Positions 15,429-31,870 of a stretch of 64,000 nucleotides of DNA are shown here, in pieces. The notes beneath the pieces are model-generated. The model worked only from the letters and a program-made list of their open reading frames with translations, was not told the origin of the DNA and did no database searches. Source of the stretch: the human T2T-CHM13v2.0 reference genome, Homo sapiens; contig CP068257.2 in assembly GCA_009914755.4 (NCBI GenBank), positions 11,776,001 through 11,840,000 on the forward strand. Direction: 5' to 3'. Numbering within the stretch: position 1 is the stretch's first letter; each line of letters begins with the position of its first letter. A program made the translations under genes and the position numbers.

Positions 15429-16076
15429 TTGTTCTTCGTAAATCAAACCCTTTGTCATTTCTTGCAAATAGCCTACCCTTTCTCTTACACGTCCTTTGAC
15501 ACATTTTAGATGGTTTAGCCATACAAAACATTTCAATTTTCAGTTAAATGTAGGCTTAGAAAACATTTCAAGAAACTGAAGTGTTTCTTTTTTCACCTGC
15601 TTTTAATCTAAAGTCTTATTATATCTGGATTTTAACATTTCTTAAAAGTAATGTCAGATTATAAATGTTTGGATTTTATTCATTTTCTAAATGATTCTGA
15701 CTGGTTTCCTACATATATAATATGACCTGCAAAAGAAGATGTGTCCTTTACTTTCTAATTATTTGCAACTAATCTGTACTGGTTTATACATCTAGGAAAC
15801 TGATGAGCAACTGGTGGGAGTGTGTATCTTTTTCATATGAAGCATGCTTCTAGTGGTTTACTATTAGACAATAATGGGTTGGCATTTGCAATAATATTCC
15901 AACCAATTATATTAAGGATTTCTGCTGCTTTTTCATGAGATACCTAGATGATACATTATTTCTAGTTAGTTCAATAATATGAGAAAATGAATTAAGATTT
16001 TTTATAAAATTATCCTGTGTTTCTGGATAAATCCTAAATCTGAAATTCACTGTAGAATATAAATTTTTATATTTTA

Positions 16077-16362
16077 GAGATAGAATCATGCTCTGTTGCC
16101 CAGGCTGGAGTGCAATGGTATAATCCTAGCTCACTTCAGCCTCCAATTCCTGGACCCAAGCGACCCTCTTGCTTCAGCCTCCTAAGTAGCTGAGACTACA
16201 GACATGCACCACCACACCTGTCTAATTTTTGTATTTTGATAGAGGTGGGGTTTTGCCATGTTGCCCAGGCTGGTCTCTAACTCCTTGGTTCCAGCAATCC
16301 ACATGCCACAGCCTGCCAAAGTGCTGAGACTATAGGCATGAGTCATCACACTGAGCCATAAG
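16077..16362 (-). mobile_element. Alu SINE (old, AluJ-like)
   Basis: Full reverse-complement Alu, diverged. Confidence 0.85.
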
Positions 16363-16619
16363 ATATTTTTTCAACTCATGTGAAAGCATAGTTAAAAGCC
16401 CCACAATGGCAGGATCTACAACAGTGAAAATTCAGATATAACGCAACTGACAACTGGCTCCCACCCTCTGCAAGAGGTTAAGCCCAGAGACATTGACTAT
16501 TTTTCAACAATGTAAAATTGTGTTTCATATGATTAAAATTTTGGACCCCACATATAACCTAAAGACAGGTTATATAGCTTAAAGGAACATATAAGCTATA
16601 AATCCCTTAATATACAAAC

Positions 16620-16705
16620 TCGTACCAGGCACGGTGATGCATGCTTGTAATCTTAGCACTTTGGGAGGCCAAGTTGAGTGGACTACTTGAGCCCAAGAGT
16701 TGATT
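16620..16705 (+). mobile_element. Alu 5' fragment
   Basis: caggcacggtgatgcatgcttgtaatcttagcactttgggaggccaag.. Confidence 0.7.
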
Positions 16706-17258
16706 TTTGAAAAAGGTTTTATGGCAAGTAAGCAGAGAAGGAATGGTCTTTTCAACAGATGCTGCTGGTACATCACATGCAAAATGGTGACTTTAAACTC
16801 TTACCTCACAATATGTGCAAAAAATAACTCACAATGGATCTTACCCCTAAACATAAGAGCTAAAACTATAAATTTCAGGAAGAAGATCTAAGTCTAAACC
16901 TTTGTGACATTAGGTTGGACAAAGATTCTTTAGATGCAACACCAAGAGCATAGTAATAAAAGGAAAACTTGAAAAACTGAATTTCACCAAAACAAAAGCT
17001 TTTGAGCAATAAGGGACTCCACCAAGAAAATGAAACAACTAGCCAGACAGAAACAGTATGTGCAGAATCTTATTTCTGATAAAAGACTTGTATCCAGAGC
17101 ATATCGAGAACTCCTGTAACTCGTAAAAGAAGAAAAACACAATTTTTAAATGGGCAGACACTTACATACACATGTCACCAAAAAAAAAAAAAAAAGTAAA
17201 ACAAAATAAAATCTTCATACCTTTGGGTTAGGCAATGGTTTCTTAAATATGAAGTCAA

Positions 17259-17563
<305 letters not shown>

Positions 17564-17923
17564 TCAAAGGCACAAGTGCCAAGAGAATAATCTGGTTTCT
17601 ATCAAAATTAAAAACTTTTCTGCCTCAAAACGATACTACCAAGCAAGGGAGAAGACAACTTATATATTAAGAATAATGTAGAATTATTAGAATTGGAGAA
17701 AAATATTTCCAAATCCTACACTACAGCCTGCATGAAAGTGTGACATCCTGTCTCACATGCAAAATTTTTTAAAATCATCAATCAGGGACTTATATTGAGG
17801 CTATGTAAAAAACTCTTATGACTCAACAAAAGACAAACCCAATTTTAAAATGGGAAGAGGATCTAAATAGACATTACTCCAAAAAACATTTGTAAATGAC
17901 CAATAAGCACATTGAAAGATAAC

Positions 17924-18218
17924 ACAAACCTGTAATCCAAGCACTTTGGGAAGCCTAGGCAGGTGGATTGTTTGAGCCCAGGAGTTTGACACCAGTCTGG
18001 GCAATGTGAGGAAACCCCATCTCTACAAAAAAAAAAAAAAAAAAAATTCAGAAATTAGCCAGGTATGATGGTGCACACCTGTAGTCCTAGCTACTCAACA
18101 CATGAGGCAGGAGGATCACCTGAGCCAGGAAGGTTGAGGCTGCACTCAGCCCAGATCATGCCACTGGACTCTAACCTGAGTGACAGAGTGAGACCCTGTC
18201 TCAAACAAAAAAAAAAAA
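17924..18218 (+). mobile_element. Alu SINE (5' slightly truncated)
   Basis: Alu consensus from ..cctgtaatccaagcactttggg.. to an A-tail, inserted in the L1M. Confidence 0.85.
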
Positions 18219-19896
18219 GTAAAAGGTAACACAACATCAATAGTCACTAGAGAAATATAAAACAAAACAAAACAAAATACCAAAATGAGATACCACTTCA
18301 CACCTATTATGATGGCTAACATCAAGAAGACAGTAAGTTGGCAGCAATGTGGAGAATGTGAACCCTCATAATGTGCTGCTGGAATATACAATGGTACAGC
18401 CACTTGGGAAAACAACTGGTCAGTTTCTTAAAAGTTCAGTGTAAATGTACCCTATTGCTAGTAATTATACTCCTAGGTATATATACAGTGCATGAAACAT
18501 TAAGGTATATGTCCAGACAAAAACTTGCTCAAGTATGGTCACTGTAGCATTATTCATAACAGCAAAAAATGAAAACAACAGAATCATCAAGTGATGATTA
18601 AACAGGCGGTATGTTCATAGAATACTTAATGCTCAGCAATAAAAAGGAGCTACTGATCCACGCAACAAGCCCACTGAGCCTGAGGTGAATTATGCTCAGT
18701 GAAAAAAAACTAATTTCAATAGGAAACACACTATATACTCAATTTCTATATCATAATTCAGAGATAGGGGTAATAAAAGCATCCTAAAATTAGATTATGA
18801 TGATTGTTGCAAAATCATTTAAAAAAATGTAAGACTGTAAATTTACTATCAGTGAATTAAATACTTCAGACAGGTGAATTTTATGGTGCATCAATTATAC
18901 CTCAATAAAGCTGCTAAAAATTAATCTTTTCACCACAATGAGAATAAAACAAAGGTTAACAGAAAACAAAATGTGTGTGTTTATGTACATATTATTTTCC
19001 CTTTTATCCTTACATTGTGAAGAGTATTCCAATGATATTTGTTATTTCCTTTCAAAAGTCTAAAAAAAAATTGGCTCCAAAAGGTACCACTCTATCATTT
19101 TTTCTCTTCAAATGAAATGGCTAAACTTCCATAAAGGAAGCTGAAATCCTTCTCATTCTCCAAGGGCTCATGTAAATGCCCTCTTCCTCATGAAATTCTT
19201 CCTGAACTATAAAGGAATCCAACCCCTAATGAACATTCGCAGCACTTTCTCTGAACCAGTCTTACAGCAGGGATGTGAGGCTCTTGCCATGGCCATTTTA
19301 CAAACTTTTCTCCCTTCCATGAGACTCTGAGCACTCCAAAGCCATAATGCTTATACACAGTTGTGCATCCCCTCCCCACCCAAAGCTGTGCCCAAAAATG
19401 CCATGCCTATTCAGTGACATTAGGTCAATTAATTCTACTCACGATGCTTGGAAGTGGGGGCAGATCTATGATCTTATGTAGAAAACAAGTAGCTGATCTG
19501 AAAACAAAAAACAAGTGTCTACCTTTTCAGCTCAATGAACTTTTCTTGGATTATATAAATATCGAAGCAGCCCATCTGAAAATGTCTTACATCATATTCT
19601 CAAAGAAAATAAAACAGAAACCATTAAAGTGTATTAAAATCTAGCAAAACGGGATAGGAAGCCAGCCAGCTATCAAGGAAGCAAAGCAATCCCTAATCTA
19701 GAGGCTTCTTTGGCTCTAAGAAAGATCTGCAATAAAACAAAACTAATAAAACTACACGTGAATACACAAAATTAATGACAGCATAAATTTAAATGAATTG
19801 TCTTAACCAAGAATGTTTAAACTATATTAACATAAGCTGAATATTCAAATTTGTATGAATAAACCATTGATGGGCATGGAGGGAGAAAGCACCTCA

Positions 19897-20118
<222 letters not shown>

Positions 20119-20492
20119 TTAAGATTAAAAAACAAAATCATCACTACCTTATTGTGGCTTAATAAAGGCATACATGATCTTTTGTAACATGTGGTTTTAA
20201 AATTACTTAACACTACAGCACCCTATTCACATGTAAGAAGTTCTAAACCTGACACTGATCCAAAGGGCCAAAATGTAAAGTATATTAAATATCTGACTTT
20301 AAAAACTACACAAAAGGAGAGAGAAATGTCTGATTTCTTGCATTATTGTCTTTAAGATGGTCCTACTCTGGCGTATTTCTTGGGTTCCTCCTAAAAGGAA
20401 GTGGAAAGTCATCCATTCAGCTTGTGAAAATGTTGTTATATGACTGTTAAGTCAACGACATAACATAGTCTACCCTTTAGAAAACTCTATCA

Positions 20493-20690
<198 letters not shown>

Positions 20691-20778
20691 CTATTTTCTT
20701 AATATTTATTTGGCTTTTAGTAAAAATAGTTTTTCCTGTATTCCAATATTTGTGATCTGTTATACAAACAAAAAATAG

Positions 20779-21067
20779 GTCAAGTGAAGTGGCTCACACT
20801 TATAATCCCACCACCTTGGGAGGCTGAGGCAGAATTGCTTGAGCCCAGGATTTCAAGACCAGCTTGAGCAACATAGAAACAACCTATCCCTATAAAAAAA
20901 GATGAATAAAATTAGGTGTGGTGGTGCATATCTGTAGTCCTAGCTACTCTGGAGGCTGAAGCAAGAGGATTGCTTGAGTCCAGGAATTTAAGGTTACGAT
21001 GAGCTATAATTTTACCACTGCACTCCAGTCTGGGTCACAAAAAGAGACCCTGTGTTTAAAAAAAAAG
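20779..21067 (+). mobile_element. Alu SINE (old)
   Basis: Full diverged Alu with A-tail. Confidence 0.85.
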
Positions 21068-21189
21068 TCAGGGGGAAGATCTTAAAGGGAGCTTTTAAGA
21101 TACAAACCTAAAATAAGAGTAATTTATTGGCTATAAATTTAAATATGGGAAGATTATCATCAGGAAACAAATTCTAGGCTTACAAAGTC

Positions 21190-21480
21190 CAGCACAATAA
21201 CCACTAGACACACGTGACACTTGAAATGTGGCCAGTCCAAATTCAGATGTGCTGTAAGTGAACAATACACATTGACTTTTGAAAACTCAGCACAAAAAGT
21301 ATTCCAAATATCCCATTAATAATTTTTATATTGATCAAACATCGAAATATTTTAAAGTATTACCACTAAACGATTTTCACTTGTTTCCCTGTATTTTTTA
21401 ATGTTATAAGTAGAAAGTTTTAAATCATGTGAATGACTCGCATTATATTTAGTTCTATTTAATAGCACTTCACTAAATCC
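21190..21480. mobile_element. Probable ancient interspersed repeat (MER-type, family uncertain)
   Basis: Segment ..cacttgaaatgtggccagtccaaattcagatgtgctgtaagtg..acacattgactttt.. resembles a recurrent human medium-reiteration repeat I cannot name with confidence. Confidence 0.3.
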
Positions 21481-21939
21481 CAGAAAAGGGCTCAGAATTC
21501 TCCTGAAGAATTTCTACAACTTCCTCATGAAACTATTGATTATGTTTCAGAAGAACACTATTGCAAACAAATAAAAGGTACTTGAGAATTAGGTACAAAA
21601 ACCCTTCTCCATGGTATCAAATTAGTAGCAATGTAAACAAACTATAAATACCAATAGGCGGGGACTACAACTCGCAACGAGGACAACTCCCCTAATGCTT
21701 AGTTCCAATCAGTGGAGAACCATGTAAGCCACGGAGCACAGGGAGGGGAGAATAAACACAGCTGCCCACGAGATTGTGGTATTTGTGGGTCAGAGGGCAG
21801 GTGATACACACACAAATCAAAACAGCATTATTAGTATAAAGAAACACACAATCAAGGACTTAACATTTCTCAAAATTATAATATTGGCAAAATTTAAAAA
21901 ATAGGTTACTACCATAAAGCTTGGAAGATTATAACACAG

Positions 21940-21996
21940 GTGGTGAGGGGAGGGATACGGTGGTGAGGGGAGGGACACAGTGGCGAGGATAGTTTT
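21940..21996. repeat. G-rich tandem repeat, about 2.4 copies of a 22-mer
   Basis: ggtggtgaggggagggatacg/ggtggtgaggggagggacacag/tggcgagg. Confidence 0.85.
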
Positions 21997-22546
21997 TTTA
22001 AGAAACTAAAAATACTACTGGGAATAGGAATTAGTGAATTAGCAAAATTTTTAACTCACTAGTAATCTGCTCAATTTAACATGAATTGAATCTAATCTGA
22101 CAACGCAAATTTAAGTTTAAAGCTTAGTGGCATACAGACATCTGTGGGAGATACTGTAGGTTCAATTCCAGACCACCACAATCATGGAAGTATAAAGTGA
22201 AGTTACACAAATGTCTTCGTTTCCCAGTGCATTTAAAAGTTATGTTGAATCTTTCTTTCACAAAAGATCTCTGGGAGGTATGATGCTATTGGATAGCATT
22301 TTACACACAGTGGAACTTCTTTCCAAATCAGAATCAATCCTCTGAAAGCCTGCCATTGCTTTATGAAGTAAATTTATGGAATATTCTAAATCTTTTGTCA
22401 TTTCAACAATATTCACGACATCTACACCAGGAGTAGATTCCATTTCAGAGACGACTTTCTTTGCTCATTGTAAGAAGCAACTCCTTATCTGTTCATGTTT
22501 GATCATGAAATTGCAGCAGTTCAGTCCCATCTGCAGGCTCCACTTC

Positions 22547-22842
<296 letters not shown>

Positions 22843-23126
22843 AGCAGGCTCCACTTCTAATTCTAGTTCACATGCTATTTCCACCACATCTGCAGTTCCT
22901 TCATCCTCTAAAATCCCGAACCCCTTAAAGTCACCTATGAGAGATGGAATCAACTTCTTCCACAGTCTTGTTAATGTTAATTTTGTTCTCTTCCCATGAA
23001 TCACAAATGTTCTTAATGGCACCTAGAACAGTAAATCTTTCCCAGAAGGTTTTTAATTTACTTTGCCCAGATCCATCAGAGGAATCACTATCTCTGGCAG
23101 CTATGGCCTTACAAAATGTAATTCTT

Positions 23127-23414
23127 TCTTTTTTTGAGATGGAGTCTTGCTCTGTTGCCAGGCTGGAGTGCAGTGGTGCGATCTCGGCTCACTGGAACCT
23201 CTGACTTCCTGGTTCAAGCGATTCTCCTGCCTCAGACACCTGAGTAGCTGGGATTACAGGCACACACCACCACACCCAGCTAATTTTTGTGTTTTTAGTA
23301 GAGATGGGGTTTCACCATGTTGATCAGGCTGGTCTCGATCTCCTGACTTTGTGATCTGCCTGCCTTGGCCTCCCAAATTGCTGGGATTACAGGCATGAGA
23401 CACCACGCCTGGCC
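23127..23414 (-). mobile_element. Alu SINE inside Tigger
   Basis: Full reverse-complement Alu; approximate TSD tacaaaat(g/a). Confidence 0.9.
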
Positions 23415-23448
23415 TACAAAATACATTTCTTAAAGAATAAAACTTGAA

Positions 23449-23757
23449 GGCTGAGTGCAGTGGCTCACACCTGTAATCCCAAGCTCTAAAGAAGGCCAAG
23501 GTGGGCAGATTGCTTGAACCCAGAAGTTTGAAACCAGCCTAGACAACATGGAAACAAAACATCTCTACAAAAAAATCCACAAAAATTAGCCGGGCATGCT
23601 GGTATACCACCTGTGGTCCCAGCTATTCAGCAGGCTGAAGTGGGATCACCTGAGCCTAAGAAGACTGAGGCTGCAGTGAGCTGTCATTGTGCTATTACAC
23701 TCAAGCCTGAACAACAGTGAGATGACCATCTCAAAAAAGAAAATAATAATAATCATA
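23449..23757 (+). mobile_element. Alu SINE inside Tigger
   Basis: Alu with an A/(AAT)n tail; TSD a(a/g)acttgaa. Confidence 0.85.
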
Positions 23758-25720
23758 AGACTTGAAATTACTCCTAAATCCATGGGCTGCAGAATGGATG
23801 TTGCATTAGCAGGCATGAAAATGACATTCATCTCTTTGTACAACCTCCATCAGGGCTCTCAGAGGGACTGGGTGCAGTGTTAATGAGCAATAATATTTTG
23901 AAAGGAACTTTTTTTTCTGGGCAGTCAGTCTCAAAAGTAGGCTTAAAATATTCAGTGAACAATGCTATAAAGAGATATGCTGTCATCCAGGCTTTACTGT
24001 TCCACTGATAGAGCACATGCAGAGCACATTTAGCATAGCTCTTAAGGGTCCTAGAGTTTTTGGAATGGTAAATGAGCACTGGCTTCAGTTAAAGTCATCA
24101 GCTGCATTATCCCCTAACAAGAGTCTCAGCCTGTCCTTTGAAGCTTTGAAGCCAGTAATGGAATTCTCCCTAGCTAGCAAAGTCCCAGATGGCATCTTCC
24201 AATATAAAGCTGTTTTGTCTACATTAAAAATCTGTTTTTTGAGTGTAGCCATCTTCATTAATTATCTCAGCGAGATCTTCTGAAGAACTTGCAGCTCCTA
24301 CATCAAGCACTTGCTGCTTCACTTCGCACTTTTGTATTATACAGACTGTGTCTTTCTTTAAACCTTATGAGCCAACCTCTGCTAGCTTTCAGCTTTTCTT
24401 TTGCAGCTTACTCACCTCCTCTCAGCCACGACAGAATTGAAGAGAGTTAGGGCTTTGTTCTGGATTAAGCTTTGACTTACAGGAATGTTGTGGCCAGTTT
24501 GACCTTCTATCCAGACCACTCAAAGTTTCTCCATATCAGCAATAAGGCTGTTTTGCTTTTTTATCATTTGTGGGTTCACTGGAGCAGCACTTCTCATTTC
24601 CTTCGATAACTTTTCCTGTGCATTCACCACCTGGCAAACTGTTCGGCCTAGCTTTCAGCTGCCAACATGTCTTCCTCACTAAGCTTCATCATTTTTAACT
24701 TGATTTAAAGTAAGCACACTGCAACTCTTTCTTTTACATGAACACTGAGAGGCCACTGGAGGGCTGTTAACTGGCCTCATTTCAATATTGTGTCTCAGGG
24801 ACTAGGCTGGCGTTAGGAGAGGAAGTGATGGGAAACCACCTGATTGGTGGATCAGTGAGAGCACACAACATTTGCCAATGAGGTTTTCCATCTTATACAG
24901 GTGCGTTCATGGAGTCCAAAACAATTACAGCAGTAACATCAAAGCTCACTGATCGCAGGTCACCACAGCACATATAATAATCATGAAAAAGTTTGAAATA
25001 TTCTAAGAGTAACCAAATGTGACACAGAGAACCAAAGAGAGCACACGCTGTTGGAAAAATGGCACAAAAGACTTGACAAAAGATTCCCACAAATCTTCAA
25101 TTTATAAAAACTGCAGTATCTGCAGGGCTCAAAAAAATGAGTTATGCCTGTATGTATTCTGTGCCTATCGCCCTGCCTTTTTTAGTTCCCTTTCAGTGTT
25201 TCACTCAGTTAACGTGAAACCTATCGATAGTGTTAGGTTACACACAGATATGAAAACTGTCATACTGTGAAAGGCCATAAGTATTAACACCCTATAGTAA
25301 ATTTTAATACTGTGTTCCAATGTCAAATAAGCTCATTGCTCTAAACAAGGATTACAAAACCCACTGAAGATTCAGATAAGGTGATTCCACTCAGCGAGTT
25401 GAGAACTGTTTAATTCTGCATCATACTTAAACAAACTCCTTTGCACAGTGAATTTCTTGTTTTCAGTTCACCACCTTTATCTAGAACTCCGTATCTGAGT
25501 AAGAACTTTTAATCTATTCAAAATTTCTCTCCCTTCATTACCTTCTCTCTAATGCATCTCATTAATCCAGAGTGAAGCCAAGCAAGGAGCCCCGTACAAT
25601 CAACACTTGCCATTGTTCTTAACTCTTCAGTATCTACCCTGACATATCACCACTTCGGTGATTCCTTTTAAGCATTTTGAAATGTCTTCATAAACATTTC
25701 AGAAAATCATTCATAGTTTA

Positions 25721-26018
25721 GGCCGTGCACAGTGGCTCACACCTGTAATGCGAGCACTTTGAGAGGCTGAGGTGAGTGGATCATTTGAAGTCAGGAGTTC
25801 AGTACCAGCTTGACCAACATGGTAAAACCCCATCTCCACTAAAAATAGAAAAAAAAAATTAGCTGGGTGTGGTGCCACGTGCCTGTAATCCCAGCTACTC
25901 AGGAGGCTGAAGCAGGGGATTTGCTTGAACTCAGGAAGCAGAGGTTGCAGTGAGCCGAGACCTCACCACTGCACTCTGCCTAGACAACAGAATGAGACTC
26001 CATCTCAAAAAAAAAATT
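25721..26018 (+). mobile_element. Alu SINE
   Basis: ggccgtgcacagtggctcacacctgtaat.. to an A-tail. Confidence 0.9.
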
Positions 26019-26357
26019 TTTTTTATAGTTTAAACCTCATTTTGCTTTAGAAGAAATTATGACTAGTGTTATCTATAAATATTTAGGTTTAAAAACAATG
26101 AAATAAAAATGATAACAATACAATGCTTACAATATTTCACAAAATCGGCTTGAAAATCCCTTCTGGTATTGAAAAAATTGTGTCCTCTGTCCTTCAGTTC
26201 TGAAGGCAAAGAGATCTGCTTTATACTCTGTGATGCAGGCCACTTTGGCCTTAAACTTGGCCAGTTCTTTAAACTATAATAATAACAGCAAATATTATGT
26301 TAAAGGCAGACATTTAAAAGCACCATTTCTGCTAGATGAATTAAAAAATCTAACACA

Positions 26358-26692
<335 letters not shown>

Positions 26693-28774
26693 CTAACACC
26701 ATTTTTTAAAGTTACTACTCTTTCTAAATAGATTTTTGCCTGATTTTAAGCAAAAGACACCACAAGATTTATAAGAAAAAAATGCAGAAATCCCTTGTAA
26801 TCTATTACAGGTCAGATTCTCCAAGAAAGAGACTGAGATTTCACAAAGGCTTGCTGGGGAGCACTGTCAATAACAGCACCCAGGAGGTGGGAGGCAGGCC
26901 TGGCTGAACAGGCAAAGTGCTGAACAGGGATGCAGCTGCACCAAGAGCTCAGAAGCCAGTGTGGCCCTCCCCAGGGAAAAGGTGGACAAGGTGACTCGAA
27001 CACTCGCAGCAGCTGGGGAAATTACTGCCATCAGAATTGAAAGAAGGGACTGAAACCCACACTACAGTATTCAGTACATAATCCCCTCCTCCAGAAGTAT
27101 TACCCCATCTACACATAGCCAGAATCACATTTAGGTGATTACTTACTGACTTTCACTAAGAATATTTCTATGAGAGTCAAATTATTTAAAAACATTATAG
27201 AGTACATAGTATTCCATTTTATGGATACACCATAATTCATTTAACATCATTTCAAAGGTCAGTGATTCCAATTTTCCCTCCTAAAAATAACATTACTGTA
27301 ATAACCTGGGAAGCAAATATTTATGTACTTCTTCAATGACTTTCTCAAAAAAGACATGAGAGTCAAGAAAAACCATTAAGAGTCAATACTCCAAATACTC
27401 AAAATCTACTAAAATTTGCTTTCTAATAAGGTTCATAATATCCTAGCAAATGTTACCATGTGACTTTTCCAGAAACCTTGAAAAAGGGTATCTTAGTGTC
27501 ATAAACATACTCCACTGATTGGTGTTAAAATTAAAGAGTATCGTAGCATAATTTTCTGCAAATTACCATTTCTTTTGTCTATTTATCAAATGTGTTAGTG
27601 TACCTCCAACTGACCCATAGAAGTACGTCACTTATTTTAGGCATAGAAAAGCCATTTATGGAATTAAATAATTATATAATAATTACATATATTTTGTTTT
27701 GGTTTTAAAATTTGTCTCAGTATAACTATTTTTGCTCATCTAGAATTTAACTCATCACATGATGAAGACTATACGTTGAAGCTTGTTTTTACCAAAATTT
27801 TTACTTTTTATCAAATAGCCTATTTTCTCAGTATCATTTGTTGAAAACTGTAAGCTTTCCAGTATTTGTTTTTGATTTGTACAATAAACGCCCTCTAATT
27901 TCTTAAATGGAGATCATTTCTGCATAATATTGCTTTAAAATGTTATCCTCAGTAACTAATTTAGCAGCTAGTGAGGTGATCAGAAATCTTTTGAGCCATA
28001 ATAAAGCCATGGTAGAGAACTTCTGAGCTGGAGGTGGGCCAACAACTGCCCCAGCGTGAAGAATGATGAGCCTCGGTAATTTCCTTCCGTTGCACTTACA
28101 TGACATGTGCTGTGGCTACTCTCCTGTAAGGAACTATTATTTACTTACCTTGCGGTAAATGAGGGTACATTCTTGCTTCAGTATCCACACTCTAAAACAA
28201 TCCTGTCAACAAAGGCAATGTTTATGAAAGAGTAAGCAAGATTCATGTACTATCCATAGATTAGATAAAACAAGTCTACCAGCCAAGGAAGAGATAAAGT
28301 CAGCCTGGATCTGCTTAGCACTCTGACAAGCCAGTGAAAAACTCAGCAGTTTCTACAAACTTAATTATACCGTGTAATATACAACTAGGAATAGGAGGAG
28401 AAATGGTCTTACTAATAATGCTGGTGAGGAAGACATAAAGGCTGAGAATAGTGAAATGACTATGCCAAAGATGAGGGAACTGTTAAGAAACTCTAAGGAA
28501 GTGAATGGATCTTACGTGGCCTTATGGTATTCTTTGCAGAGATCAATATTTTAAAAAAATATTTTATTATCAACAGAACAGCATTTCATCTCTAAATTTT
28601 TATTTAACATTAAAGTCACAAATTTTGCCTGGTTTTATGATCACAAGGCAGAAACAAGTCATTCATAAAATAACAATATATAACCACCAACCACTCTAAA
28701 ATTTCTTTAAGGAGATAATTTTATAAAGTTCTTAAAACATTTTTTTAATGCCCTAATAAGAAAACAAAACAGAT

Positions 28775-28927
28775 GGCCAAGCACGGATGCTCAAGCCTGT
28801 AATCTGAGCACTATGGGAGGCTGAGGCAGGAAAGTCACTTGAACCCGAGGTCAAGGCTGCACTGAGCTATGATCATGCCACTGCCCTCCATCCTAAAAGA
28901 GTCAGATCCTGTCTCAAAAAAATGAAA
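28775..28927 (+). mobile_element. Alu-derived short element (monomer-like / internally deleted Alu)
   Basis: ggccaagcacggatgctcaagcctgtaatctgagcactatgggaggctgaggcagg.. joined to an Alu 3' end. Confidence 0.7.
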
Positions 28928-29062
28928 AAAAGCATCCACAAACTTTGTCACACAGAGTTCTGTGAGGTTAAGCACCACCTAAATACTTTTCAACCACTTA
29001 AGAGGAGGAAAATGCATACTCCTGCTTAAAACATTTACATTTAATATGTCGGAAAACACCTA

Positions 29063-29787
<725 letters not shown>

Positions 29788-29952
29788 CTGATACTTTTTA
29801 TAATAAATACTATTTCCAACTACATACCCATAAAAATATAAATTAATTGTATAACTACCATGATAGTAATATAAAAATACAAAACTACATAATCAGTACT
29901 CAATATTTCACTGTAATTATGCATATGATAGGCTTTTTTTTTTAAGTAAAGA

Positions 29953-30243
29953 GCTGGCCAGGTGTGGTGGCTCTCACCTGTAATCCCAGCAATTTGGGAG
30001 GCCAAGGCAGACAGATCACTTGAGCTCGGGAGTTTAAGACAAGCCTTGCCAACATTGTGAAACCCCATCATCAGCAAAAATACAAAAATTAGCTGAGTGT
30101 GGTGGCACACATTGCAGTCCCAGCTACTGGAAAGGCTGTCAGGAGAATCACTTGAGCCTGGGAGGCAGAGGTTGCAGTGAGCTAAGATCGCACCACTGCA
30201 CTCCACCTTGGGTGACAGAGTGAGATTCCGGAAAAAAAAAAAA
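29953..30243 (+). mobile_element. Alu SINE
   Basis: Full Alu; tail ggaaaaaaaaaaaag. Confidence 0.9.
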
Positions 30244-30578
30244 GAAAAAGAAACATAAACAGCTAACACTAAACAATTTAGAAAGAGGTGGTTAATGCAA
30301 TAGTGAATGTGTAAGCAGAAGAAATATAGATACACAATAGTAAAGATGCCCTAATGACCCCAAATTCTGGGAATCTTCTACATATTGATACAATAAAACT
30401 CCAGCCCCATACTCTAGTATACAAACTCATTCTGAGTAACCACAAATATTATACATAATTTCAAAATTCACACTTACAAAACAAAGGATTGCCTAAAATA
30501 ATGGTAGAAAATTATTTGAGATTCAAAGTAAAAATTAAACATTCTGAAGCATGGTAATAAAATGTCATTTGAAAGCCA

Positions 30579-31745
30579 TAACTGCTATTCAAGAAAAAAA
30601 AACTACTCCTTAAAACTAAAAAGACATAAAATTATATCTTCTACAAAAACAAATCAACCTTATCTACAGCCCAGTTCTACCCAACTATGGAATGTCAGAA
30701 TAGAAGGTCTCACCATGGACTCAAGAGCTGACATGAGGAATGTCACTACCATCCTGCTGAGGACTCCTCATCTTCAACGGCCAGGGTGGACACTGTTACT
30801 GGGGCCATGATCTTTGTGCAAGACAAGTAATAAGAAAATCAGTGGTAGAAATGTGGTGTTCCAAATCCACATTCAGAGCTCTGAGGATCTCCCACTGGCT
30901 GCCTAATTTACTGTTTTCTTACCTAAGAGAAAAAACAAGACTAAAAAACTAAGTATATGATTTGCCTGAAACTCTCATCAGATAGAGAATCTACCCCCTA
31001 ACTTCCTATCTAGTGTTATTTCAATAACATTGGGTTAATATCACACCCAAAATAAATGCAGATGGCACTCAGAATCAGTGAAATTTCTCCCAAGAAGGAG
31101 GAGGAGGAGAGGTGCTTTACAACCCAGTGATGGACTACCACAGACCAATGCAGGACAGAGCCGCCAAGCTCCCTCTCTCCCCTGCACATCCTGACGCAGC
31201 AAAGGGTGGGTGCAGTGGACTGAGGATGGGTGGAGAGAAGTTTCTCTTCTTACTGTGAAAATAGATCACCGGCACCAAGAAACAAGTAAGATGATTTATA
31301 TTACAGCATATTGCTCTATTTGAAAAACTTTTTATAATATTTTGGTAATAACAAAGACCCTCAAATGAATTTCAAACACTTTAAATATTCAACACATAAA
31401 CAGAAAATATTAAATGTCAGCAAGGATATCGAAAAACTGGACCCTTTATGCACTACTTTTTGGAATGTAACTGGTGCAGCCCCTGTGGAAAATGGTTTGG
31501 CAGCTCCTTAAAATATTAAGCATAGAATTATCACATAATCCAACAACTCCCTTTCAGGGTATATACCCAAAAGAACTGAGAGCAAGGACTCAAACAGGTA
31601 TTTGTACACTATGTTCATAGCAACATTATTCACAATGGCCAAAAGGTACAACCAACCCTAATGCCCATCAGTAGGTAAATAGATAAGCAAAATGTGATAT
31701 ACACACATACATGAAATATTATTCAGCTGTATAAAGAAAAAACAA
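30579..31745 (+). mobile_element. Ancient L1 (L1M-type) ORF2 3' portion; copy 1 of an intra-window duplicated block
   Basis: Degenerate ORF2 C-terminus (..gaatgtaactggtgcagcccctgtggaaaatggtttggcagctcc.. ..ccctttcagggtatatacccaaaagaactgag..catagcaacattattcacaatggccaaaagg..); about 86% identical to 57283-58770. Confidence 0.75.
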
Positions 31746-31748
31746 TTC

Positions 31749-31870
31749 TGGCCAGGTTCAGTGACTTACCCCTGTAATCTCAGCACTTTGGGAGGCCGAG
31801 GCAGGCAGATCACCTGAGCCCAGGAATTCCAGATCAGCCTGGGCAAAATAGCAAGACCTCATCTCTGTAA
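31749..31870 (+). mobile_element. Free Alu monomer (FLAM-like) shared by both duplicated blocks
   Basis: ctggccaggttcagtgacttacccctgtaatctcagcactttgggaggccgaggcaggcagatcacctgagcccagg..; the same insertion site occurs in the copy at 58776. Confidence 0.75.

Noticed and set aside
19188-19644. ORFs at 19188-19379 (minus) and 19363-19644 (plus) near the candidate exon
   Set aside because: They have no flanking splice signals with good polypyrimidine tracts, and their translations are low-complexity or stop-adjacent. They are probably intronic noise.
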